A stretch of DNA of 64,000 nucleotides from Phaeosaccion multiseriatum (GCA_965112735.1 OZ218961.1:1240001-1304000); one strand, 5' to 3'; shown: positions 44,735-57,300, counted from the first letter of the stretch. The notes: generated from the letters alone by a model not told the origin. Translations and numbers: made by a program.

Positions 44735-46403
44735 GTGTGTGTTTGTGCGAGGGTGTGTGGGTGCGTGACTGAGTGAGTGCGTGGGTGCGTGGGTGCGTGG
44801 GTGCGTGGGTGCGTGGGTGCGTGCGTGAGTGGGTGAGTGCGTGTGCGTGTGTGCGTGCGTGGGTGCGTGAGTGCGTGAGTGCGTGAGTGCGTGGGTGCGT
44901 AGCAGAGAGGTTGCTTCTACAAGTTGATCTTCGAGTGAAAAAAATTCCAACGCTTTCTAGAGGTGTTGGTGATTTGGACGTTTCGGTCTGTGATTGTGGC
45001 TCCGGTCAGACCTGGCTCGCTCAGAGGCTCTAGAGCTAGCTACAGGGGGCGAGGCAAAAATATAGTGTCTTAGCTGCCGGGTGAGGAATTGGCTGGGTGT
45101 CGCCCTCCTCCCTTATCCCAATTCTCCCTCTTGTCCTGCGAGTACGCCCAATGGAGCGACCCCCCCCCCCCCCCCCACCTTGTGAGCATGCCCCCCTGCC
45201 TGTGTCGAAGCAACTCTGACGTGCTACCGAGCGTTTCTCGATAGCATGCTACTGGCTGGCTGGGCGCGCTGTGCGTCGCTCCGGACCCGGCCGGTAGCTA
45301 GCTAGCGCGCTACTGGCTGGTGGTCGGCGCCGCCGGCAGCAGCCAGCCAGGCAGCATGCCAGCTGACACCGCGGTAGCAGGTAGTAGCAGCTGCCGGTCG
45401 GTCGGAGGGAGGGAAGGAGGGAGGGGAGCTGTTGTGTACGGACATCATGCAGTCATATAGGCTGGAGGAATGGAGAGTTGTAGTCTGTGGCGCTCTCTTA
45501 CTCTAGCATCTTTGCCCTAGCTAGCTAAAGGAGACTCGGCTCTTTGCTGCTGGAGCTGAGGCAAGGCCTCCAAACTTTACAACCTTGGCTTGCACCTGTC
45601 TCTTAGCTTATTGGCTCACTTTCCGACTTGCTAGTCGGCCCCATGCACGTCTAAACCGCTCGGCCTTCGGCCGATCTTGGCTTACGCCGGCGGCCTCCTC
45701 CGTCCGCTCTAGGCCGCTCACTTTTCAGTCCTAGGCGGCCTATATAGCTAGCCCGCCTCTAGGCAGCCTCCCAGTGACCGTGGGTGCGTGCATGGTGCCG
45801 CCCAGCCAGTGGGTAGCAGCATGCCTGTAGGTCTGCACTCCTCGTAGGGCCAGCGAGGCGGAAGAGACAACACGAACGAAGTCTACTCCTCACCTCCAAT
45901 CCCAGCTTGGTCTCTGCACTCGCTCAGCGAGACCTCTCAACCTCAGCATTTCAGCTCTTGAGTCGAAGGGGTCGACAGCCGGACCACCTTTGATCGACAG
46001 CTTTGCGGAATTCAGCATCCGCATGGCGAAGGCCAAGGAAGCTGAGGATCAGCAGGACGCTGCAGACTCAGAGGATGTCGCGGGGGCAGCAGCCAGCCAG
46101 ATACAGCATCCGAGGCGGACAACGAGGAGGAAGCAGCTCCCGCCGACGAGGAGCGAGGAGATTGGCAGCAGCAGTTCGGACAGCGAAGAGGAGTCTCCGC
46201 GTATGCCCGCTGTTGTTTTGGTGCCCTCTCGGTTGCCATCCTCTCTCTTAGCTACTGCTCCCAACTTCCCATCCGGGGAGGTTACCGAGAAGGCTCTTAT
46301 TGCTTACTATTTTAGCAGTATGAGCGACACCTCTACTTCCGGTGATACACTGCCATGGGGGGAAGCACTTTCCGACTTGCTAGCAATGGCAGGGTTGGCT
46401 ACA

Positions 46404-47082
46404 GAGGGAGGGAGGGAGGGAGGGAGAGAGGGAGGGAGGAAGGGAGGGAGGGAGGGAGTGGGAGCGAAAGTGGAGGGAGGGAGGGAAAGTGGAGGGATGG
46501 AGGGAGGGAGGGAGGGAGGGAGGGAGGGAGGGAGGGAGGGAGGGAGGGAGGGAGGGAGGGAGGGAGGGAGGGAGGGAGGGAGGGAGGGAGGGAGGGAGGG
46601 AGGGAGGGAGGGAGGGAGGGAGGGAGGGAGGGAGGGAGGGAGGGAGGGAGGGAGGGAGGGAGGGAGGGAGGGAGGGAGGGAGGGAGGGAGGGAGGGAGGG
46701 AGGGAGGGAGGGAGGGAGGGAGGGAGGGAGGGAGGGAGGGAGGGAGGGAGGGAGGGAGGGAGGGAGGGAGGGAGGGAGGGAGGGAGGGAGGGAGGGAGGG
46801 AGGGAGGGAGGGAGGGAGGGAGGGAGGGAGGGAGGGAGGAAGGGAGGGAGGAAGGAAGGAAGGAAGGAAGGAAGGAAGGAAGGAAGGAAGGAAGGAAGGA
46901 AGGAAGGACGGAAGGAAGGAAGGAAGGAAGGAAGGAAGGAAGGAAGGAAGGAAGGAAGGAAGGAAGGAAGGAAGGAAGGAAGGAAGGAAGGAAGGAAGGA
47001 AGGAAGGAAGGAAGGAAGGAAGGAAGGAAGGAAGGAAGGAAGGAAGGAAGGAAGGAAGGAAGGAAGGAAGGAAGGAAGGAAG
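46404..47082. repeat. (GGGA)n-(GGAA)n polypurine microsatellite
   Basis: Read directly from the sequence. Confidence 0.97.
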
Positions 47083-47088
47083 GGGAAG

Positions 47089-47593
47089 TCGGCCCCAGAC
47101 TGGCCTAGAAGCCTATGCTCTAGGCCCTAGGCCGGCCATTTTTTCTCCCTAGGCCGGTGGTTCTAGGCCTAGGCCTCGATAGGCCTCGGCCGGGGGGGGC
47201 TGCGCCAAAAATAGGCCTAGGCCGGGGGCCTGCGGCCCCCCTAGGCCGTCCGAATTTCGTCTCTATCGGCCCTGGAAGAGGTTATCAGATTACTGATTAC
47301 GGCCGGCGCAGCCGGCCTGATTACTGATTACTGCCGGCGCCAGCCGGCCTGATTACTGATTATGGCGCCAGCCGGGCCTGATTACTGATTATGGCCGGCG
47401 CCAGCCGGGTCTGATTACTGATTATGACCGGCGCCAGCCGGCCTGATTACTGATTATGACGGGCGCTAGCCGGCCTGATTACTGATTATTGGCGCCAGCC
47501 GGCCTGATTACTGATTATGGTCGGCGAATACTGTAACCTCTTCCAGGGCCGATCTCTAGGCCTAGGCTTCTAGCTAGGCCAGTCTGGGGTCGA
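47089..47593. mobile_element. Non-autonomous TIR element (MITE) inserted in (GGAA)n
   Basis: TCGGCCCCAGACTGGCCTAG (47089-47108) versus CTAGGCCAGTCTGGGGTCGA (47574-47593): 19/20 inverted match. Interior rich in CTAGGCC. Confidence 0.75.
47265..47553. mobile_element. Nested MITE with 20-bp TIRs, CTCT flanking duplication and an internal tandem array
   Basis: ATCGGCCCTGGAAGAGGTTA and TAACCTCTTCCAGGGCCGAT form a perfect IR. CTCT at 47261-47264 and 47554-47557; eight GATTACTGATTA units inside. Confidence 0.8.
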
Positions 47594-47785
47594 AGGAAGG
47601 AAGGAAGGAAGGATGGAAGAAAGGAAGGAAGGAAGAAAGGAAGGAAGTAAAAGGATGGATGGGATGAAGGATGGATGGAAGGATGGCTTTATGAAGGCCT
47701 TTTTTCGTCATCACATGGAGTCGTCCATGTCTAGTTGGAGGAGAAGAAATTTTTTTTAGAAGACGTTTTTTTCAGCCTGTCGTTG

Positions 47786-47878
47786 TCCTCTTTAGCTCAG
47801 TTTGGTTAGAGCGTACGACTGTTAAAAGACACCCTGTAAGGTATCGTGAGGCCCTTGGTTCGACCCCAAGAAGAGGAG
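47786..47878 (+). tRNA. tRNA-Asn(GTT) with an 18-nt intron at the canonical position (47825-47842)
   Basis: Acceptor stem TCCTCTT/AAGAGGA plus G; A-box TAGCTCAGTTTGGTTAGAGC; anticodon arm TACGA-CTGTTA^A-TCGTG; T-arm CTTGG-TTCGACC-CCAAG; oligo-T at 47901. Confidence 0.92.
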
Positions 47879-49540
47879 GGCGATTCGCCGCCACAAAAGC
47901 TTTTTTTCCCTCTTTCATCCACTTTTTTTTTTTTTTTTTTTTTTTTGTTGTTGTGAGGTTCTGGCTAGTGGAGAAGTCAGAAGTGAAATGAAGAACAGCA
48001 GCACACAAGGATACCCAACAGATAGAGGGTTCGAGTGTGATATCAAAAACTGAGCATACTGTGGAGTCTCAAAGGTGGTGCACATGTTGGAATCCGGATT
48101 ATCGTCGACATTTGGGGGACGCTCCTTTTGTATGCGCGATCAGTCGCAGGTGGAAGTTGGAGATAAAGGAGAGTTTGTAAAGACAGACCAATACACCATT
48201 TCCCTCCCTCCCTTCTCTCCCTCCTGGCGACTCCTCTTCTCCACATAGGGTGGCACAATCTCATCGCCCCCCCTTCCTTTCCAATCCCCACTCTACTACT
48301 TGACTCGCTCGCACGCTACCTTCGTACGATATACCAGTCGACCAACTCCGGTTCCACCGCCAGACTCCATGCGCAACGCCGCTATGAAGGAAGCAAATCT
48401 GGATGTTTTTTTCTTTTTTTCTTTTTTCCGGAATCACAGACCCGAAACGTCCAAATCACCAACACCTGTAGCGAAAATGCCTTTTGCCCACAGAAAGAGA
48501 AATAGCCTAAAATCCAAAAGCTACATCTCTGGGTACGCCGTGCCAAGACCACTGGACTTGCGCTGTACCAGCCCGACATTACCTCCGAAACAAAACCCCT
48601 CAACCCCGCTGCCCAGAAAAGCGAACGAGAAAGAAGAAGGGGAGAGAGAAAAAGAACGGAACGCTTCGCTCGTGCTGTGGACGGGGCGTCTTCTCGGGGT
48701 GGAAGGTGGAAGAGGAGGAGAGGGCGACTCAGCTGGAGATACAAGTGCTGAGGAGCAAAAAGCCAAGAGAATCGACGCGGAGAGGGAAGGGCGTCGTAAA
48801 GCGAGGGAGGAATAACAGAGGCTGGGTAACTGAAAGGCCGCCGTTCTGGCCGCCCGAAACGAAAATGATGTGACGCAGGTACCGGAGCTGATGGAGCGAG
48901 ATGCGAGCCTTGCAGGGTGGGGGGGCGGCGTAGTGGATAGAGAGTGGGGGGGACCCTTGTCTTCTGACCTCTTCCTCCTCCTTTAACACCAACAGGCTGG
49001 AGCATGATTGGCGCACCTCTCCCCAGCTGGGCCTCCACATTCTTTGTGGCCGAGGTTGGGGAGGAGCTTCCCCGTGCAGCGGCCCCAGGGGTTTGTGGAC
49101 GCAGACCCCGACATGTCCAAGCTACGGGTAAGAATAGGTGCCTCTACTTGTAACGCTTAGCGAACCAACGTGTCCTCGGGGGTCCCTCCCGGCGTGGTGA
49201 ATGAGTACCCACTCTCTCTTGCTCTGTGTGTGTGGTTGAGTATATATAGATGTGTGTCCGTTTGTTGCTCTGCATGCGTGTATTTGCTTGGGTCGCCACG
49301 TGTTCTTTGCGTTGGAAGAGAAAGCAAATCTCGCTACTGTTCGCTGCCATCTGTGTGTTTCCTTTGTGTTTGTAAAGGTGTGCATGCTCACCCCCACCGC
49401 GGGCGAGAAAGTGTGGGGTGCTGCTCCAGGCCTTGTTCGATGTGTGTAACCAACGCCTATGGCGCAACGACCTGACCATGAAAGACCTGCTCGAAGTGTT
49501 GGTGCTGGATGCGACGAGGAGGCCCCAGGTGTTAAAGCTG

Positions 49541-52500
49541 GTGAGTGAGTGAGTGAGGGAGGGAGTGCGTGCGTGGGTGGGTGGGTGGGTGAGTGAGTGA
49601 GGGACTGAGGGAGTGCGTGCGTGTGTGGGTGGGTGCGTGAGTGAGTGAGTGAGTGAGTGAGTGAGTACGTTAGTGAGTGAGTGAGTGAGTGAGTGAGTGA
49701 GTGAGTGAGTGAGTGAGTGAGTGAGTGAGTGAGTGAGTGAGTGAGTGAGTGAGTGAGTGAGGGAGGGAGTGCGTGCGTGGGTGGGTGGGTGGGTGGGTGG
49801 GTGAGTGAGTGAGTGAGTGACTGAGGGAGTGCGTGCGTGCGTGGGTGGGTGCGTGAGTGAGTGAGTGAGTGAGTAAGTACGTGAGTGAGTGAGTGAGTGA
49901 GTGAGTGAGTGAGTGAGTGAGTGATTGAGGTAGTGAGTGAGTGAGTGAGTGAGTGAGGGACTGAGTGAGTGAGTAAGGAGTCAGTGCGTGAGTGAGGGAC
50001 TGTGGGACTAACTGACAGACTGAGTGAGCAAGAGCTTGACCTGTAAGTGACCCCCCTTTCACGACTCCACCCCAGCCTATCCCACCTTAAACCACCCAAG
50101 AGGACGACGCCATGAAAAAAAAAGGTCTTCTGAAAGAAATTAGCGCATCGTTCGCTCTCTCCCTCCCTCCCTCCCTCCCTCCCTCCCTCCCTCCCTCCCT
50201 CCCTCCCTCCCTCCCTCCCTCCCTCCCTTCCTTCCTTCCTCCCTTCCGTCCTTCCTTCCCCTCCACAAAGCACTTCCTTCCTCCTTCTTACCCTGCAGTC
50301 CGCCACGACCCAGCTAAGCAGCGCACTCTTGCCGATGAGCACCCTGCCTGCTTCCTTCCCTCCGTCCCTCCCTCCCTCCCTCCCTCCCTGCCCCCCACCC
50401 TCCCTCCTCCCCCCCACTCCCTCCCTCCCTCCCTCCCTCCCTCCCTCCCTCCCTCCCTCCTTCCTTCCTTCCCTCCCTCCCTCCCTCCCTCCCTCCCTCC
50501 CTCCCCCCCTCCCTCCCTCCCTCCCTCCCTCCCTCCCTCTCTCCCTTCCTCCCTCCCTCCACTCTCCTTCCCACTCCCTTCATCCTTCCTTCCCTCCTTC
50601 CTTCCCTCCCTCCCTCCCTCCCTCCCTCCGCTCTCTTTCCCACTCCCTCCCTCCCTCCCTCCCTCCCTCCCTCCCTCCCTCCCTCCCTCCCTCCCTCCAC
50701 TCTCCTTCCCACTCCCTCCCTTCACTTTCCCTCCCACTCCCTCACTCACTCACTCACTCACGCACTCACTCACGCACTCACTCACTCACGCACTCACTCA
50801 CTCACTTACTTACTCACGCACTCACTACCTCACTCAATCACTCCCTCACTTACTCATTCACTGACTCACTCAATCACTCCCTCACTTACTCACACACCCA
50901 CTCCCTCCTCCCCTCCCTCCCTCCCTCCCTCTCCTTCCCACTCCCTCCCTCCACTTTCCCTCCCACTCCCTCACTCACTCACTCACTCACGCACTCACTC
51001 ACGCACTCACTCACTCACGCACTCACTCACTCACGCACTCACTCACTCACTTACTTACTCACGCACTCACTACCTCACTCCTTCACTCCCTCACTTACTC
51101 ATTCACTGACTCACTCAATCACTCCCTCACTTACTCACACACCCACTCCCGTACTCACTCACTCACTCACTCACCCCCTCACGCACTCCCTCACTTACTC
51201 ACTCACTCACTCACTCACTCACTCACTCAGCACTCACTCACTTACTCACTCACTCACTTACTCACTCACTCACGCACTCCCTTACTCACGCACTCACTAC
51301 CTCACTCCTTCACTCACTCACTCACTCACTCACTGACTCACGCACTCACTCACTCACTCACTCACTCACTCACTCACTCCCTCACTCACTCACTCACTCA
51401 CTACCTCACGCACTCACTCACTCACTCACCCACCCACTCACTCACTCACTCACTTACTTACTCACGCACTCACTACCTCACTCACTCACTCTCACTTACT
51501 CACTCACCCACCAACTCACTCACTCTCACTCACTCACTCATTCACTCACTCACTCACTCACTCACTCACTCACTCACTCACTCACTCATTCACTCACTCA
51601 CTCACTCACTCACTCACTCACTCACTCACTCACTCACTCACTCATTCACTCACTCACTCACTCACTCACTCACTCACTCACTCACTCAATCACTCTTAAT
51701 CACTCACTCACTCACTCACTCACTCATTCACTCACTCACTCACTCACTCACTCACTCACTCCCTCACTCACTCAATCACTCTTAATCACTCACTCACTCA
51801 CTCACTCACTCACTCACTCATTCACTCACTCACTCACTCACTCACTCACTCACTCCCTCACTCCCTCACTCCCTCACCCACTCACTCACTCACTCACTGA
51901 ATCACCCACTCACTCACTCACTCACTCACTCACTCACTTACTCACTCACTCACTCACTCACTCACTCACTCACTCACTCACTCACACCCTCACTCACTCA
52001 CTCACTCACTCACTCACTCACTCACTCACTCACTCACTACCTCACTCACTCACTCACTCACTACCTCACTCACTCACTCACTCACTACCTCACTCACTCA
52101 CTCACTCACTACCTCACTCACTCACTCACTCACTCTCTCACGCACTCATTCACTCACGCACTCACTCACTGACTCACTCACTTGTTGGAAGGCCCCGGGA
52201 TAGGCATTGGGGATGTTGGAAGGCCTCAGATGAGATGGGCTATAAGTCAATGGCTCAGGCCCAGGCAGACGCGGTGAGAACGGGTGGCGTGGCTCTCACT
52301 ATCCTATGTGCGAAGGTGGTCGTTTAGGACTAGCATGCAATAAGTTAATAGAGGCAAGGCTGGCTGCTAGGCTGGCTTTGGGGTTGCTGTTACCTTGTCC
52401 GTGTGTCTAGTTCTATCCTATCTGTAGGCGACAGCGCATGTCGGTCGTGCGTACGTCGTTTTACAACCCCAAAGGCCCGAAAGCAGCACTTAGCCAAGAG

Positions 52501-54110
52501 GCTTAGGCAGGGAAGGAAGAGGCGTGTTAGGGGAGCACCGTGCGGCACATAAGCAGTGCCGTACGACGTGCGACAGCAGCGGAGTTGTTGTTGCACGGAG
52601 AGGCGGGAGTGGAGATAGAATTGCCGGGAGTGGTGTCTACAGCGGGCACAGCTTTCGAGTGTGACAGCAGCACGGATGTTGTTGTTGCACGGAAATGGAT
52701 GCTGAAGGTTGGTGGGCAGTGGGGAGAGAGAATTGCCGGGAGTGGTGTCTACAGCGGGCACAGCTTTCACTCACTCACTCACTGACTCACTCACTGACTC
52801 ACTCACTGACTCACTCACGCACTCACTCACGCACTCACTCACTCACTCACTCACTGACTCACTCACGCACTCACGCACTCACTGACTCACTCACTCACTC
52901 ACTCACTCACTCACTCACTCACTAACTCACTCACCCACTCCCTCCCTCCCTCACTCACTCACTCACTCACTCACTACCTCCCTCCCTCCCTCCCTCCCTC
53001 CTTCTTCCCACTCTCTCCCTCCCTCCCTCCCTCCTCCCCTCCCTCCCTCCCTCCCTCCCTCCCTCCCTCCCTCCCTCCCTCCCTCCCTCCCTCCCTCCCT
53101 CCCTCCCTCCCTCCCTCCCTCCCTCCCTCCTTCGTTCCCTTCCGCCCTCCCTCCCCCCCTCCCTCCCTCCCTCCCTCCCTCCCTCTCTCCCTTCCTCCCT
53201 CCCTCCACTCTCCTTCCCACTCCCTCACTCACGCACTCACTCACTCACTCACTCACTCAATCACTCACTCACTCACTCAATCAATCACTCACTCACTCAC
53301 TCACTCACTCACTCACTCACTCATTCACTCACTCACTCACGCACTCACTCACGCACTCACTCACTCACGCACTCACTCACTCACGCACTCACTCACTCAC
53401 GCACTCACTACCTCACTCCCTCACTCATTCATTCACTGACTCACGCACTCCCCCACTCACTCACTCACTCACTCACTCCCTCACTCACACACTCCCTTAC
53501 TCACTCATTCACTGACTCACGCACTCACTCACCCATCCACTCACTCACTCACTCACTCCCGCACTCACTCCCTCCCTCACGCACTCACTCACTCACTCAC
53601 TCACTTCCTCACTCCCTCACGTACTCAGTCCCTCACTCACGCACTCACTCGATCTCCCAGTCACTCACTCAATCCCTCAACCCCCCCCCGCCTCCCCCCC
53701 CTCACTCACTCACTCACGCATTCATTCACTCACTCACGGGTGAGAGTGAGGGTGATGGTGGGGATGAGCCAGGACAGATGAGCGCGTCTCTTCTTGAGTG
53801 AGATGCGGATAGTGTCGTTGGCATTCATTTAGATGGTCGGTCTGACAAAACTACAGCTTTCCTCCTCCTCCTACTACTACTACTACTACTGCTGCACTCA
53901 CTCACGCACTCCCTCACTCCCTCACTCACTCAATCACTCACTGACTCACTTTATCTCTCACTCACTCACTCACTCACTCAGTCACCCTCTCACTCAATCG
54001 CCGACTCACTCACTCACTCACTCACCCTCTCACTCCCTCACTACCTCACTCACTGACTCAATCACTGACTCCCTCACTCATTCCCTCCCTCACTCACGCA
54101 CGCACACACG
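49541..54110. repeat. ~4.5-kb field of (GAGT)n/(ACTC)n and (CCCT)n microsatellites
   Basis: Read directly; (GAGT)n at 49.5-50.0 kb is inverted relative to (ACTC)n at 50.7-54.1 kb. Confidence 0.95.
52183..52769. mobile_element. Probable solo LTR (587 bp) inserted in (ACTC)n
   Basis: Sharp unique island from TGTTGGAAG to GCTTTCA (TG...CA) with CTCACT on both sides. Internal ~40-bp direct repeat at 52617-52656 and 52729-52768; no coding capacity. Confidence 0.55.
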
Positions 54111-54330
54111 CACACATGCTGCTGCTACTGCTGCTGCTACTACTAGTGCTGCTGCTGCTACTGCTGCTGCTGCTACTACTCGTGCTGCTGCTGCTACTGC
54201 TGCTGCTCCTCCCATCGTGCTGGCTGCTCCTGGTCCGGTGGCACTCGGGACGCGAGCGCAGGCAGATGAGAGATGTGGGAAGGGCCTTCTTGCGAAGACG
54301 ACTCGAGAGGGAAGAGAAGTTGAATGTCTT

Positions 54331-57300
54331 TCAATCATCCAAAGCCTCGCCCCTTCCGTACCCATACTCTGCCCTCGGGTCGTCCATCTTCTTGCGGGAG
54401 AGCCTGAGCTGGACGCCGTCCGTGGCGATGTTGATGGCCTTGGTGAGGTTGACTACGTCCTCGATGGTCGTCCACTTCAGCCTGTAGCAGGGGTCCAGGG
54501 CCCGCCCGTCCTTGGCCTTACGAAGCTTCTTGGGGACATAAATGCACTCCTCTGTAGTCGTCCTGTTCAGGAGCTTGCCCGTGAGCTTGGGCACCGCCCA
54601 CAGGAGAAGCCGGCGCCAGAAGTCGAGCTCAGGCCGATCGGTGGAGAAGAGCGCGTGAACGGCCCGCCGTCGACCAATCTGCCTCCTCCCGCGCTTGCCC
54701 TTGCCCTTGCCCTTGCCCTTGCCCTTGCCCTTGCCCTTCTTGCCCTTCTTGCCCTTGCGCTTCTTGAGACTGCCGATGTGACCGTCTCCTGTGGTTCACG
54801 AGGAGGAGCAAGGTTGTCAGCGAGTTTGTTATCGACAGGAGGAGCCAAGCGCTTGGTGTCTTTCCCTGGTTGTGTTGTTCTACTACCACATACCGCCGAT
54901 CATGCCGGAGTAGAAAGTAACGGCGGATTTGGCAAAGTCCGTCTGCGCTGCCTCCTCATCCTCGAGAGTTGGGGCGTCGGACATGGTGTAGATGAAGAGC
55001 ATCCTCCGGACGGGACTGAACCGGTCGGAGACCTTGCTGGAACTGTTGCCAGCGAGGATGCCGAGGATGGCCCACAGCTGCACAGTGGGTGGGTGGAGAG
55101 GGAGAGCGGCATGAGGGGGGGGGGGGGGGGCGAGGGCAGCGGCGAGCGGGCCAGCCATGTACTCACGTGGGGGTGGCGTAGGCGGACGACGTACATGAAG
55201 AGCGTTTTGCCGTGTATGCTGGTGCCGCTGTAGCGCTTGTGAATTTTGCCGCCCTTCTTGCCTCCGACGATACGGAGTACGTTTCGCATGACGCGCATGA
55301 CCCCACGCTCGCTCTTTCCCGCCTTCAATACCAGGTCAGCCTGGTCGGGTCTGATGCAGCCGTCTGAACCGAGGAAGCCCATGAGGGAGAGGAGCTCGCG
55401 GCGGAGTTCCCTTGTGCTGCCCAAGCGAAGGGGCGATGGGCGGCGAGGGTCCGTTGCTGGGAACACCTTGCCTACTCTGGCCTCGAGCACCATCGACAGC
55501 AGAAACGAGCTGCTCACAGAAGTGGCCCGCTTGTAGATTCTGGACAGGTGACGCTTGAAGTTCTGGAGTTTGGGAAGGAAGACGGGTAGGGTCCAGCTCG
55601 TTAGCTGCTGTACAGCGGGAGGGACATGGTACACACACACACACAAACAGCCACAGCTACACACACTCCAACACATACACACGCAACGCACACGCTCGAG
55701 TACTCACGTCGTGAAGAATCTGCACAAAGATGTGATACTTCTTGTAAGAGTCCGTCTCGCGTCCCCTTCCCCCAGGCTGGGGGTCATGGTCAGGCTCGTC
55801 ACCCCAATCCTCCTCCTCGTCACCCCCGGCTAGACAAATCTCCTCGAAGCGACTCTCCACTCTGCGGCAGAGCCACTCTATGTCCTGGAGCTCGTCGTTG
55901 GTGATGACGTCCAGGCGGTAGGCCTCTGTGGCGGCCTCGCGCACATCCTGCAGACTCCTGTAGGGCTTTCGGCCCAGACCTTGGAGCCGGGCACCCAGCG
56001 CGTCCGGAAAGCTCGCCGGATACTTTAGCAGGAGCGACTCCACTCGGATGGGCACACCGACACCTACACCACGCGACTTAAGGAAACCACCAGGCTTCCT
56101 CTTTTCGCCATAGCCCCCCCCGACTGAGAACTCATTGAACAGCGAAATGCCGCGAAACGCCTCCGGCTTCAGAACCTGTGCCGCATCCCAGAAGGGAAGA
56201 TTCTGCAGGAGAGTTTCCGTAGTCCTCGTGTCCTGCCGCTGAGCAGCGTACACCAGAAGCGCATGGAAGGTGGCGCGGTCATCCACCGTCTTGCCCCTGC
56301 CGCGAAGTTGCTGGTCCACGAACAAGGCTGAGGTCTCAAACACGGTTCGGATGGCCTTGAGCCTGTCGTCGCCAGGAACACCATCGATCATGTTTTCTGG
56401 GTCACGCATAATCTGCAGGGGAGACGCGAGCGAGGCAGAGTAGTGGGTGGCGGTTGAGAGGGTCGCAAGCAAGGGAAAGCAGTGCTACAGCTCGAGGGGG
56501 CAGGAGTCACAGAAGAGAGGGAGCCGCCGCACGCCGCTCACCCCGCGCATCCCAACGTACCTCAGCCAGGGTTTGGTCGAAGAAAACAGCTTGGAACGCC
56601 AACTGTTTGCTCGTGAGCCATGGGAAGTATAAAGTAAAGTGCAGCTGGTGCCAGAGGAAGCCCATCGTACTTTTCTGTGGATCCACCCCGTTGGCCCGCA
56701 CGTCACCCTGGAGAACTTTGCACCAGGCCTGACAAGCGGCTTGGCTCTTCTCCTTGCTCTCTTCCCGCTCCTCCGGTGAGCTGGTGGGCTCATTGAATCC
56801 GTCAATCAGCTCCTCCGGTTCCTCCATGTAGTCAATGTCGGTCTTGGCAGCAACCTGCGCCTCGAGCTCCTCCAGAATGGCCATTTCCGCCTTGAGCTCC
56901 TCCTCCTCCTCCTTCTCCTTCTCCTCCTCCTTCTCCTCCTCCTCCTCCTCCTCCTCCTCCTCCTCCTCCTCCATTTCGACATTGCTGCGGGGGGGCGGGC
57001 GCTCTGCCTCATCGGGCGCGAATAGGTTGATCAGCCCCGGCATCCAGCCAGGGAGGCATGCCCGCCCCGGGCACATGACCAGGTGCGGCGTTTCCTTGTT
57101 GGCCTCCCCATCCCGGGGCAGTTGATACAAGTGCCCTCGCAAGCAAGCTTGGGCTGCTCGCTTCGCGTTCAGAGCGTTGGTGTCAGGGTTCTCCTCATCG
57201 GGTTTGTAGGCGGCCCGGAGAACCTCGTTACACAGTTGATCAGGGCAGGTGACGTTGACGACCTTGAGCCCTTCGAGCATTGGGCCCTGGGCATCCTCCC

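Larger units (their letters stand above)
33262..44900. repeat. Tandem segmental duplication: ~33262-38110 repeated at ~40151-44900 (FNIP gene, intergenic DNA and GAD fragment)
   Basis: Colinear identity of coding, intergenic and intronic sequence; for example 36360-36560 corresponds to 43150-43350. Confidence 0.92.

Noticed and set aside
47285-47520. CRISPR-like repeat-spacer appearance
   Set aside because: The spacers are variants of one sequence, the repeats are only 14 bp, no cas genes are present, and the array lies inside TIRs in a eukaryotic genome.
48860-50345. Exon-like segments with splice signals (e.g. ALFDVCNQRLWRNDLTMKDLLEVL)
   Set aside because: I could not join them in a consistent frame or recognise a family; possibly another decayed gene.
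53833-55233. 466-aa plus-strand ORF
   Set aside because: Antisense shadow of the LAGLIDADG exons plus microsatellite; no motif of its own.
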